DNA from: an uncultured archaeon
GTDB taxonomy: Archaea > Aenigmatarchaeota > Aenigmatarchaeia > QMZP01
NCBI GenBank assembly: GCA_964501695.1
Contig: CAZCTG010000001.1
Coordinates: 1-29,048, forward strand
Direction of reading: 5' to 3'
Length of the DNA: 29,048 bases
The position numbers were made by a program, and so were the translations under genes. The first letter of the stretch is position 1; every line of letters begins with the position of its first letter. This document shows, piece after piece, positions 7,022 to 14,807 of this stretch. The notes below the pieces were generated by a model. That model saw nothing but the letters and a program-made list of their open reading frames with translations. It made no database searches and was not told the DNA's origin.

Positions 7022-7098
7022 CCATATATGGAACCGTGGGCGTGGATTACGAGCTCCTAAAGGAGCTTGCCGACAATGTGGCCGCCAAGATAGCCTGA
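6967..7098 (+). pseudogene. Decapitated 3' gene remnant overlapping the end of the Fic gene
   Basis: A different frame reads GQTGYEKSLEDREFCIQITIYGTVGVDYELLKELADNVAAKIA-stop. It looks protein-like, has no ATG, and is bounded upstream by TGA at 6964-6966. Confidence 0.4.
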
Positions 7099-7124
7099 TT
7101 TAAGCCGGGAATGCAATTCTGTGC

Positions 7125-7487
7125 ATGGCAAAAAACCCCGCAGAGACTTTCATCAAGGAGATAGTCCTAGGTTTTGGCTTCTTCAGTGGTATATTCGCAT
7201 ACATAGGCATAGACCCGCAGATTGAGTTGCTGAAAGTGGTAGCTTCACTGATACCCAATGGCGGCATATATGTATGGCTCATATCAGTCGCGCTTTTCGC
7301 AATCTCCTCAATACTCACTTATGTTGTGGGAGGCCCTGTTGGCATAATTGCTGTAATTCTGGCGTTCTTCGGGGGCCTTTTCATAGCAACGAATAGCGCT
7401 CTCGGTGTATTTCTGACCATCGCCGCAATTGGCGCGGGATATTTGGCCATATACTTGAAAGGAAATAGCCAGAGACTACTTTTTTGA
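7125..7487 (+). CDS. Hypothetical multi-pass membrane protein (120 aa)
   Basis: Four hydrophobic Gly-rich segments. Confidence 0.8.
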   Translation: MAKNPAETFIKEIVLGFGFFSGIFAYIGIDPQIELLKVVASLIPNGGIYVWLISVALFAISSILTYVVGGPVGIIAVILAFFGGLFIATNSALGVFLTIAAIGAGYLAIYLKGNSQRLLF

Positions 7488-7519
7488 ATGGTTTATAAAT
7501 AAAAATGACAACTATGCAT

Positions 7520-7714
7520 ATGGATTCCAATGAACCTACGAGCGTAACAAAAAGAAATAGGAAACCTGTTTATATCGCTGCTATTATACTTATGGTCATA
7601 TTGGGATTTCTTGTAATTCTTCACCACAGCGCGAAAAATATTCGCAGTACTTGCACATCCAGCCCCACTCTTCGCGCGCCTTTGCCTCTGCTTCGGGCAG
7701 CGCGCCCGACTTGA
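7520..7714 (+). CDS. Small single-TM protein, possibly 3'-truncated
   Basis: TTTATAAA at 7492-7499 fits a leaderless start at ATG 7520; one TM helix. The last 119 bp are antisense to Cas4 and look like read-through. Confidence 0.4.
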   Translation: MDSNEPTSVTKRNRKPVYIAAIILMVILGFLVILHHSAKNIRSTCTSSPTLRAPLPLLRAARPT

Positions 7715-8273
7715 GTTTGCTGTCCAGTTCCGCGAACCGCGCGATTGCCGCCTCCGCTGCGTTCCTGTCGTAGTTCACCGTGAACCACTTGCCTTCCAGC
7801 GAGTTCTTTTCAAGATAGAGTATGACGCCTTCCTTGACTTCGTGGGCATGGAGATAGAGCTGAAGCTGCATCACGTGCGCGTCCTGCGGCGCGTCCATCC
7901 AGCCCAGCTTCAAGCCCGTGCTCTTGACCTCCAGTATGAACCTGCGGCCGTCGGCAGTCAGCATGAAGACGTCGTCAAGCCTGCCTGAAACGACGAAATT
8001 CGGCTGCCTTATCTTCAGCGAAACCTCCTTCTCGAGCAGCTTCACTTCCGTGTTCTTCGGACTTTCAAGCACTTCCGCCATGAAGTCGTGCAGCAGGCCG
8101 CCGAGGTAGAAATACTTGCCCTTCTTGGGGTCGGTGGGCTGCGGATACTTGTATGAATACCATGCCTTACGCATGCAGCTCCCTGCCTCCGACGGATAGT
8201 AGCTGCCTATCCTCTTGGGCCTGCTGTCGCGTTCAAGGTGCCTCTCAATCAGTTTGTTGAAGTCAACGGGCAT
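7596..8273 (-). CDS. cas4: Solo Cas4-like PD-(D/E)XK nuclease with a predicted 4Fe-4S cluster
   Basis: N-terminal Cys (GSCMRK) and C-terminal CKYCEYFSRC; motifs GGLLH, GRLDD, EVKS and QLQLY. No cas1 or CRISPR array in the window. ATG 8273 preferred as start. Confidence 0.88.
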   Translation of the reverse strand: MPVDFNKLIERHLERDSRPKRIGSYYPSEAGSCMRKAWYSYKYPQPTDPKKGKYFYLGGLLHDFMAEVLESPKNTEVKLLEKEVSLKIRQPNFVVSGRLDDVFMLTADGRRFILEVKSTGLKLGWMDAPQDAHVMQLQLYLHAHEVKEGVILYLEKNSLEGKWFTVNYDRNAAEAAIARFAELDSKLKSGALPEAEAKAREEWGWMCKYCEYFSRCGEELQEIPI

Positions 8274-8310
8274 GGAAAATCCCCCACCCAAATGCTGGAT
8301 TTTACTGTCC

Positions 8311-8338
8311 CATGAGTTGCCTGTGCATTGAACTCATG
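8311..8338. other. Intergenic hairpin between the 51-aa ORF and cas4
   Basis: Perfect 8-bp stem CATGAGTT / AACTCATG with a 12-nt loop. Confidence 0.45.
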
Positions 8339-8376
8339 TGGGCATGGATAGAATTGGCGGCCGAGAATAAATGCAT

Positions 8377-8532
8377 TTAACCCAGCAGGACCTTCTGCTG
8401 CCTGCTCCATTCTTTGTCCGGGGTGTTTTTCACCCATTCCGCATGCATCTTCACGAATTCCAGCCGCTGCTTCCTGTTGAGTTCCATCTCCTTCTTAAGC
8501 GCCTTGAGGTCTATTTCAGGAAGCTTTTCCAT
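8377..8532 (-). CDS. 51-aa protein coupled to the nucleotidyltransferase gene (not in the ORF track)
   Basis: MEKLPEIDLKALKKEMELNRKQRLEFVKMHAEWVKNTPDKEWSRQQKVLLG. It starts 4 nt after the upstream stop, and GGAGTGA spanning that stop serves as SD. Confidence 0.8.
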   Translation of the reverse strand: MEKLPEIDLKALKKEMELNRKQRLEFVKMHAEWVKNTPDKEWSRQQKVLLG

Positions 8533-8536
8533 GGAA

Positions 8537-9136
8537 TCACTCCAGTTCCTTTATCCTGCCGAGGACTTTGAGCCTGCGGGCAAACCCCATGAATACTTCT
8601 TTGTCAATCTTGCCCTTAAAGATATGCCACAGGTGAATCGCATCCTCTATGTCCTTTTCGGAGCCGAGATACAGTTTGAATGCAATCTGCAGCTCAATCT
8701 TCGACGTCCACAGCGAGCCTGAAGGCGTGTGCACCCTGATTTTATTGGCAAGCGAATAATGGTTGAGGTCGGTCTTGGGGAACTTGACTTCAAAGTTAGG
8801 CTCAATCCTGCCCTTTTCGGCAAACCTCAACGAAAGTCCGGACTTCAGGTAGTTATTGTACCCATCATTCGGTTCGTTCGTGGTCATGCTCTCGAAACCT
8901 CCTTTGCCAAGTTTATCCCATAATTGCAGAAACTTGTCATAACTCATGTCCTCAACGAACAAGTCCACATCCTCTGTCTGCCTGCTTCGGCCGAAAAGCA
9001 GCGCCACATAGCCTGAAACTATGACGTAATCCACGCCTAGCTTCTCCAGCGTGCTGGTGAATCTCAGCACAAGCTTGTCCAGAGTGGAAGGCACCCTGTC
9101 AATAATTATTACGCCGGACTTGAGGTCTATTTCCAT
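8537..9136 (-). CDS. AbiEii/MenT-like (Pol-beta fold) nucleotidyltransferase
   Basis: IVSGYVALLFGRSRQTEDVDLFV (hG/S...R.T.DhD) and C-terminal K...GSEKDIED. Confidence 0.8.
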   Translation of the reverse strand: MEIDLKSGVIIIDRVPSTLDKLVLRFTSTLEKLGVDYVIVSGYVALLFGRSRQTEDVDLFVEDMSYDKFLQLWDKLGKGGFESMTTNEPNDGYNNYLKSGLSLRFAEKGRIEPNFEVKFPKTDLNHYSLANKIRVHTPSGSLWTSKIELQIAFKLYLGSEKDIEDAIHLWHIFKGKIDKEVFMGFARRLKVLGRIKELE

Positions 9137-9156
9137 ACCCTAAATTGCCTGAATTC

Positions 9157-9166
9157 AATATAAAGG
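9157..9166. promoter_or_regulatory. Single TATA element shared by the divergent genes starting at 9136 (-) and 9185 (+)
   Basis: TATAAA at 9159-9164 lies at the centre of a 48-bp gap, about 24-25 bp from each ATG; neither gene has an SD. Confidence 0.6.
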
Positions 9167-9184
9167 CGCTTCACAATATTTATC

Positions 9185-9967
9185 ATGGCTGACATCATCA
9201 ACCCATTTCTCATGCTCGCGGGCATTGGCATGATGGCCGTGGCCGCCATAGCCGTTGCCTACTGGAAAAGACGTTCTAGTTGGAAGTGGTTCTCCTACGG
9301 CGCTCTGGTATGGATTGCTGCCATTGCGGTCAAGCTGGCCATGGACATGACGATAACCCAGCCCGTCGAAAACGGCATCCTCGACCTTTACGGGATGGCT
9401 GCTGTGATTGCATTCGCTTCCGTCTATGTCGGGCTTCGGACGGGATTTTTCGAAAGCGGATTCACGTATCTATTCGCAAAGAAGAGGGCCAAGAAGAACA
9501 AGGCAAAGATTACGTTCAATGATGCCGTAGCCTTCGGCATCGGCTTCGGCGCGCTGGAGGCATTCCTTCTTGGCCTGATGTCATTCCTCAACATACTTGC
9601 GATATACCTTTACCCAGCCCTGCTCGACCCCCTCGGCGCTGTGCAGAAGGACATGGTGATTTCAGCCCTCAGCCAGAGCACGCTGGTCGTGATTCCTGCG
9701 ATAATCGAGCGTGTGGCTGTCGTGTTCATACACGCCTTTGCCGCGGTTCTCGCGATAGCATCTGTCAACACGAAAAGGGCCAAATACATCTGGGGCTCGG
9801 TTGCTTACAAATCGGTCACGGATGGCATCGTGCCGCTACTTCCCTTCATAGCCGGTTCAGGTTTGCTGTCGTCTTTTGCCATGGAAGTGCCGTTCGTGGT
9901 GCTTGCCGTCATCGGATATTTCGGCATCCGCGAGATGAGGAGCAAATTCAGGGAGGAAGCCAAATGA
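9185..9967 (+). CDS. YhfC/PrsW-superfamily intramembrane metalloprotease
   Basis: Multi-TM; motifs GFFES, GIGFGALEA and IERVAVVFIH. Confidence 0.82.
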   Translation: MADIINPFLMLAGIGMMAVAAIAVAYWKRRSSWKWFSYGALVWIAAIAVKLAMDMTITQPVENGILDLYGMAAVIAFASVYVGLRTGFFESGFTYLFAKKRAKKNKAKITFNDAVAFGIGFGALEAFLLGLMSFLNILAIYLYPALLDPLGAVQKDMVISALSQSTLVVIPAIIERVAVVFIHAFAAVLAIASVNTKRAKYIWGSVAYKSVTDGIVPLLPFIAGSGLLSSFAMEVPFVVLAVIGYFGIREMRSKFREEAK

Positions 9968-10200
9968 GCTACGTGACCCACATAGTCGGCATGCTTGACA
10001 AGGCGGGCGCTGAGCGCAGCCCGCAGAACAAGGCGCTCCTCGACCAGTCCGTCCGCGAGGTGCTGGGCATGCAGCGCGCCGACTGGCAGGAGGTCTGGGC
10101 GAGGGTCAAGGCGCTGATGCAGGGCAGCGACAGGGAGAAGTGGAAGTCATTCGAGTCCCAGGTCACCAAGCTGCTCGTCAGGAAGATGCTTATAGGATAG
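9964..10200 (+). CDS. Hypothetical protein (78 aa)
   Basis: ATGA overlap with the upstream stop; host-like GC; helical. Confidence 0.75.
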   Translation: MSYVTHIVGMLDKAGAERSPQNKALLDQSVREVLGMQRADWQEVWARVKALMQGSDREKWKSFESQVTKLLVRKMLIG

Positions 10201-10247
10201 CCAAAATATAGAGTCTTCTTCCAGCCCTTTCCCATGATGAATTATGA

Positions 10248-11129
10248 CTAAAGCATTTCCCTCATTTTTTCCGCAATGAGGGGAATGACGGAAACCTGCG
10301 AGACAGGCGTTTCAATGGTGTCCGTGGCTATTATGCCGTCCGCGAACGGCCTGAGCTTCTCGATGGCCTCCGCCTTCGTGAGATGTACCGCGGCGGCGGT
10401 CACGCTGGCCGCGCCCGCATCCCTTGCCATCTTCGCCGCATTGGCCATCGTGCCGCCCGAGCTTATGATGTCGTCAATGATTATCACGTCCTTCCCTTCC
10501 GCTTCAATGCTGCCCGTTGTCTTGAGGCCTCCATCTTCAAGATTCCTCTCCTTGGACAGGCAGCCATGTCCGCAGCCGATGGCATCGGCAATCCTTCTTG
10601 CCGCGAATTCAACGCCCGCGTCCGCGCCTATGACGAGCGGGCTGGCAAGGTTCAGCTGTTTCAACTCCTCACCCAGCAGCGAGTATCCGTCTATGTTGTG
10701 CGCTGGCATCGCCGAGAACGAGAGCATCGGCTTGTCCCTGTCCGCGTGGGACGATACCGTGAAGAAGCGGGAAACGCCGCTGCGCAGCAGCAGGTCGGTA
10801 ACAGCCCTCGCGGAAAGCGGCTCGCCTTCCCTGAAGCTCTTGTCCTGCCGCGAATAGATGAAATACGGCATCGCGAGCCATACGTCGCAGCCCATGCCTT
10901 TCAGGCTGCTGGCTGCCAGCAGGGTTTCGACAAGATAGCCGTTCGCGTCTACTGGCAGCTTCATGCGGTTGGCAAGGACGACCCTGCCTTCGGGCCTGCC
11001 TGACAGCCGCGGGCAGACCTCCCCGTCGGGGAACGTGCGCCTTTCCATCGGGATGAACCTGCAGCCCATCGCCTGCGCCAGCCCGTCCGCGAAGCCTTCA
11101 TAACCAGCAACTGATATGTCGGAAGCCAT
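10248..11129 (-). CDS. prs: Ribose-phosphate pyrophosphokinase
   Basis: FPDGEV, YSRQDKSFREGEPLS, KER and PRPP loop VIIIDDIISSGGT. Confidence 0.95.
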   Translation of the reverse strand: MASDISVAGYEGFADGLAQAMGCRFIPMERRTFPDGEVCPRLSGRPEGRVVLANRMKLPVDANGYLVETLLAASSLKGMGCDVWLAMPYFIYSRQDKSFREGEPLSARAVTDLLLRSGVSRFFTVSSHADRDKPMLSFSAMPAHNIDGYSLLGEELKQLNLASPLVIGADAGVEFAARRIADAIGCGHGCLSKERNLEDGGLKTTGSIEAEGKDVIIIDDIISSGGTMANAAKMARDAGAASVTAAAVHLTKAEAIEKLRPFADGIIATDTIETPVSQVSVIPLIAEKMREML

Positions 11130-11173
11130 CTTTACCTACCTGAATCATCAAACCGCATATGACAAGAATCGAA

Positions 11174-11701
11174 TCATGCATCATATTTTATCAGGGAAAA
11201 TATCTCGTAACCAGGGAACTGCTCCCTTCCCTTGAGGTAGCCGAGCTCTATGAGGAAGCATATGCCCGCGACATCTCCGCCAAGCTGCCTTACCAAATCA
11301 ATCGAGGCCTTCATCGTGCCGCCCGTGGCCAGCAGGTCGTCGACCAGAAGCACCTTCTCGCCGTGGAGTATGCCGTCCTTGTGCATGTGCAGGCTGTCCT
11401 CGCCGTATTCCTTGCTGTAGCTGGCGCTTATGGTTTCATAGGGCAGCTTGCCCTTCTTTCGCACGGGCACGAAGGCCACGCCGAGTTCGTATGCGAGCGC
11501 CGCGCCTATTATGAAGCCGCGCGCCTCCGCGCTTACGACCGCGTCTATCTTCCTGTCCCTGAATCGGTTGGCTATCTCACTCATGGCGAACTTGAAAGCC
11601 ACAGGGTTCCTCAGCAGGGTGGTTATGTCCTTGAACGACACGCCTTTCCTCGGCCAGTCGGGTATGTCCCTCACCATGCCCCTGAGGGTTTCGATGTCCA
11701 T
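11174..11701 (-). CDS. apt: Adenine phosphoribosyltransferase
   Basis: IPDWPRKGVSFKDIT, EARGF, RKKGKLP and VLLVDDLLATGGT. Confidence 0.97.
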   Translation of the reverse strand: MDIETLRGMVRDIPDWPRKGVSFKDITTLLRNPVAFKFAMSEIANRFRDRKIDAVVSAEARGFIIGAALAYELGVAFVPVRKKGKLPYETISASYSKEYGEDSLHMHKDGILHGEKVLLVDDLLATGGTMKASIDLVRQLGGDVAGICFLIELGYLKGREQFPGYEIFSLIKYDA

Positions 11702-11710
11702 GAGAGTGAT

Positions 11711-11738
11711 TGGGTTAGTGATTTAAATCCAAAACCCA
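11711..11738. promoter_or_regulatory. Palindromic bidirectional promoter between apt and ORF 11749
   Basis: TGGGTT-AGT-GATTTAAATC-CAA-AACCCA; the dyad axis (11724.5) matches the midpoint between the two ATGs (11701 and 11749). Confidence 0.7.
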
Positions 11739-11748
11739 TAGTGGAACG

Positions 11749-12099
11749 ATGGAAAGAAACATCAAACTCAGCATCAAAGCCAGCAGGAAGCTATATATTA
11801 TATTGGCCATCGTCATTGTAGTTCTTGTTGTTTTGGCAGCTGTTCTTCTGATGCCTCCTGCAAACACGGCGGAGATAAACAGGGCTTCGTGCGAATCATC
11901 GGGCGGGACGTGGAACGAGTGCGGCAGCCCCTGCACGGGCGCGCCGCAGGGCACGGTCTGCATACAGGTATGCCGCCAGCAGTGCGAGTGGTACGCGGGC
12001 AGCGCCGAGGTTGCGAAAAAATCAGCTTATGCCGCGCAGCAGGGGTTCAGTTGCATGACGCAGGACAACGGCATCACGATGTGTTGGCTGAGCAACTAA
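11749..12099 (+). CDS. Membrane-anchored Cys-rich small surface protein
   Basis: N-terminal TM followed by CESSGGTWNECGSPC...CIQVCRQQC and a distal C...C pair. Confidence 0.8.
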   Translation: MERNIKLSIKASRKLYIILAIVIVVLVVLAAVLLMPPANTAEINRASCESSGGTWNECGSPCTGAPQGTVCIQVCRQQCEWYAGSAEVAKKSAYAAQQGFSCMTQDNGITMCWLSN

Positions 12100-12129
12100 C
12101 CGCTTTGTTATTTTGGCTAACGCGGAGGA

Positions 12130-12564
12130 TTACGTTATATCAAGCGCGCGCAGCGCTATGTTCCTGACGTCAGCAGGCACCCTGTCCTGCTTCAGCTCTT
12201 CAGCCGAGAACCACCTGAAATCATCCAGCTCGGATGTGTTGAGCTTCAAATTCTGCATCCCCCTCGGCTTGCACAGGTAATAGAAGCAGCAATGGTCGTG
12301 GTCGCCGACGCTATGCACATTGACATAGAAAGGTACAGCTAGTTGCCTTTTGATATTGCCTGCCATAGGCACGTCATTCTTGCCCAGCAGCTCCACGTCG
12401 AGGTTCAGTTCTTCTTTAAATTCCCTTATGACCGCGTCGTCAGGTACCTCGTCCTTCTCTATGTGCCCGCCGGGCGGCAGCCACAGCTGTAGCTTCCTGT
12501 GGAATATCAGGAGAACTTTGCCTTCGTGAACGAGATATCCTGCCACGACAAGGTCTGTTTTCAT
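12130..12564 (-). CDS. NUDIX hydrolase
   Basis: Nudix box GGHIEKDEVPDDAVIREFKEELNL. Confidence 0.95.
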   Translation of the reverse strand: MKTDLVVAGYLVHEGKVLLIFHRKLQLWLPPGGHIEKDEVPDDAVIREFKEELNLDVELLGKNDVPMAGNIKRQLAVPFYVNVHSVGDHDHCCFYYLCKPRGMQNLKLNTSELDDFRWFSAEELKQDRVPADVRNIALRALDIT

Positions 12565-12624
12565 GCCATATTTTGAGAAAGACGGTTAAAATATATGTCC
12601 GTTCTTAACCCCCACTTGCCGTGC

Positions 12625-14724
12625 TTAGCCTTTGACAAGAAGCGCGAACCTTACTATGAGAACTATGATTATGGCAATGGTTATTATCGCGATGGCTGCG
12701 ACCTTCCAGAGCGGCATCTCGCCTTCCTCATAGATTACGGCACCCGTGAGGTTGCTGAGCGAAAACCCGCCTTCAGCAAGCTCGCTTTCGGGGAGGGTTG
12801 CGTTGCCGACGAGCGCGACCACGGCCGTGCTGCCTGCAGCGTGGCCGGACTTGGCGCTGACGACAATCTTCACGCTGCTATTGTCGGCTTCCGCGGGCGG
12901 CGAAATGTACAGGTAAACCTCGGCCTGCGCGCCGGGCTCAAGGCTGACCTTGTCAGGGCTCACGTATGCCCAGCTCGGGCCCTCTGCGGATATCACGTAT
13001 TCGTCGGCCGTGCTGCCCGTGTTCTTGACTGTTATGTTGGCAGTCCTGGCCTCGTTCACGGTCGCCCTCGGCGCCTTTTCTGCCGCCGCCAAATCAACGG
13101 CAAAGCACTTGCCGAGCTGCTGCACTATGAGCACGGCGGAGGCGTTGGATGCGCCGTGTACTGATTCCGCAATCGCCGCGAGAGAATAGACACCGGACTC
13201 CTCCGAGTAGGCAGGTATGTCCCATGAGGCTGACTGGCCCGGCTCAAGAGAGGCATTCTCGGTGATGTCCTTGAACCTTACGGTGTAACTGTCAGGCTGC
13301 TTGCCCGTGTTCGTGAGCTTTATAGTGTAATTGAACCTCTCGAACGGGCACACGCTCTTGTTGTCAGGCATTATCTCGATTTTCGACGCGTAGCAATTCT
13401 CCACCTCCACGTCCACGTAAGACTTGTCGGAAACCTTGCCGTCGGAAGCCGTTATTTCAATCGTGTTGCTGCCGGGCTCCATCGGAGACGTGTCCACGTT
13501 GAGCTGCACGGTCTGGCTCTGGCCCGAAGCAAGCGTGACGGTGTTCTCGTCCAGCAGGCCGGCGGATGCGGACAGCGTTATCTTGTCTTCCAGCACGCCC
13601 CTGTTCTTCACCGTGACGTCATAGGCCGCTATCCCGCCCCTGCAGGTCATTGTGCTGGCAGGGGAGGCTATGACGACGATGTCCCTGCATTCGGACGCGT
13701 CAAGCCGCGCCGAGAGTTTCTTGGGCGATGCCTCGCCTGTTGAGAGTATCGAAACTTCAACGTCCTGCAGCCCTTCACTAACAGGTACTGCCTCGAGGTC
13801 CACGCTGCCCGAACCACCGGGCGATATCGTGAGTTCGCTGGCACTCGCCTCCACCCAGTCCGGAACGTCGATGGAATACGTGTCCCTTTCTGTGCCCGTG
13901 TTCCTTATCAGCAGCCTGAAGCCGGCCGGCTTGCCGACGCAGCCCGACGACTGGGATGGCTCTATCGCGGCTTCCGAAAGATAGCAGTCCCTTACGTCCA
14001 GCATGATGTCAGCCGACCTCGCCGTCTGCATTGCCCTCGACCTGGCGGACACCGTAATCTTCTGCTGGCCTTCCAACGCAGCAACGTCAACGGCGACCAT
14101 CAAGCCCGCGCTCTGGCCCGGTTCGAGGTTAATACTTCCCATGGAAGGCACGGCGGCATCCGATGACGTTGATACGTCGAACGTCTGCGCGTATTTACCG
14201 CTGTTTTCCAGAATTAAGCTGAAATTGACCGGGGCCACCTTCTCCTCGCATGCATAGCCGGCCTGCTGCTGCGGCTCAAGGCTGAACGTGAAGCACGGCA
14301 GTATCTCCACCTGCACGCGCTTCGGTTGTATGACATAGCTTGCATCCGTCTTGGAAACCGCCTTGATAGTGAAGAAGTAGGTGCCCGGTTCCGTATAGTA
14401 GTTGTTGATGTAAAATAGGTTGAGCATTTTCGACTCGCCCGAGGCGAGCATGAGGTCCGGCTGTATCTGCCCAGTCCATCCGGCAGGCATGTCCTGCAGC
14501 GAGAAAGCATAAGTGTCTGTGCTCGGGCCTTGGTTTTCGACCAGCAAGGTTGCGTCCTTGACAGTGAGCGGTCCTGAGCACATCTGGACAGGGTTCGCCT
14601 GCGTGCCGTATTCGCTGCCTGTTGCCTTCTCTATGAACTGTATGTTGGCTTCGGAAGCCACGGCCGGTATGGCAAGAACCGAGATTGCAAAGATTGCAAC
14701 CAGCACCCCCGCAAAAATTTTCAT
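12625..14724 (-). CDS. Surface protein with six tandem Ig-like (COG1470/NEW3-type) repeats and a C-terminal TM anchor
   Basis: Signal peptide; repeated hxhxNxG...D.Y/F...L.PG motifs (ENQG, ENSG, RNTG, KNRG, TNTG, KNTG); C-terminal hydrophobic helix. Confidence 0.85.
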   Translation of the reverse strand: MKIFAGVLVAIFAISVLAIPAVASEANIQFIEKATGSEYGTQANPVQMCSGPLTVKDATLLVENQGPSTDTYAFSLQDMPAGWTGQIQPDLMLASGESKMLNLFYINNYYTEPGTYFFTIKAVSKTDASYVIQPKRVQVEILPCFTFSLEPQQQAGYACEEKVAPVNFSLILENSGKYAQTFDVSTSSDAAVPSMGSINLEPGQSAGLMVAVDVAALEGQQKITVSARSRAMQTARSADIMLDVRDCYLSEAAIEPSQSSGCVGKPAGFRLLIRNTGTERDTYSIDVPDWVEASASELTISPGGSGSVDLEAVPVSEGLQDVEVSILSTGEASPKKLSARLDASECRDIVVIASPASTMTCRGGIAAYDVTVKNRGVLEDKITLSASAGLLDENTVTLASGQSQTVQLNVDTSPMEPGSNTIEITASDGKVSDKSYVDVEVENCYASKIEIMPDNKSVCPFERFNYTIKLTNTGKQPDSYTVRFKDITENASLEPGQSASWDIPAYSEESGVYSLAAIAESVHGASNASAVLIVQQLGKCFAVDLAAAEKAPRATVNEARTANITVKNTGSTADEYVISAEGPSWAYVSPDKVSLEPGAQAEVYLYISPPAEADNSSVKIVVSAKSGHAAGSTAVVALVGNATLPESELAEGGFSLSNLTGAVIYEEGEMPLWKVAAIAIITIAIIIVLIVRFALLVKG

Positions 14725-14807
14725 AGCTACTAATTGAGGGCAGATTTTTTAAATGGATGCATGCTTTTCCCAATGGGGCACCGAAAAGCTTTTAAGGGTT
14801 TCGGTTT

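Noticed and set aside
7051-7068. GAGCTCCTAAAGGAGCT resembles the TIR core GCTCCTAAA
   Set aside because: Lacks the TIR tip and any TSD; explained as ELLKEL codons in the remnant frame.
7596-8273. CRISPR-Cas locus or casposon suggested by cas4
   Set aside because: No repeat-spacer array, cas1, cas2 or PolB is visible in the window; treated as solo Cas4.
8302-8376. 24-codon ORF starting right after the stop of the 51-aa gene (MHLFSAANSIHAHMSSMHRQLMGQ)
   Set aside because: Too short, no recognisable features, and it overlaps the hairpin; cannot be supported.
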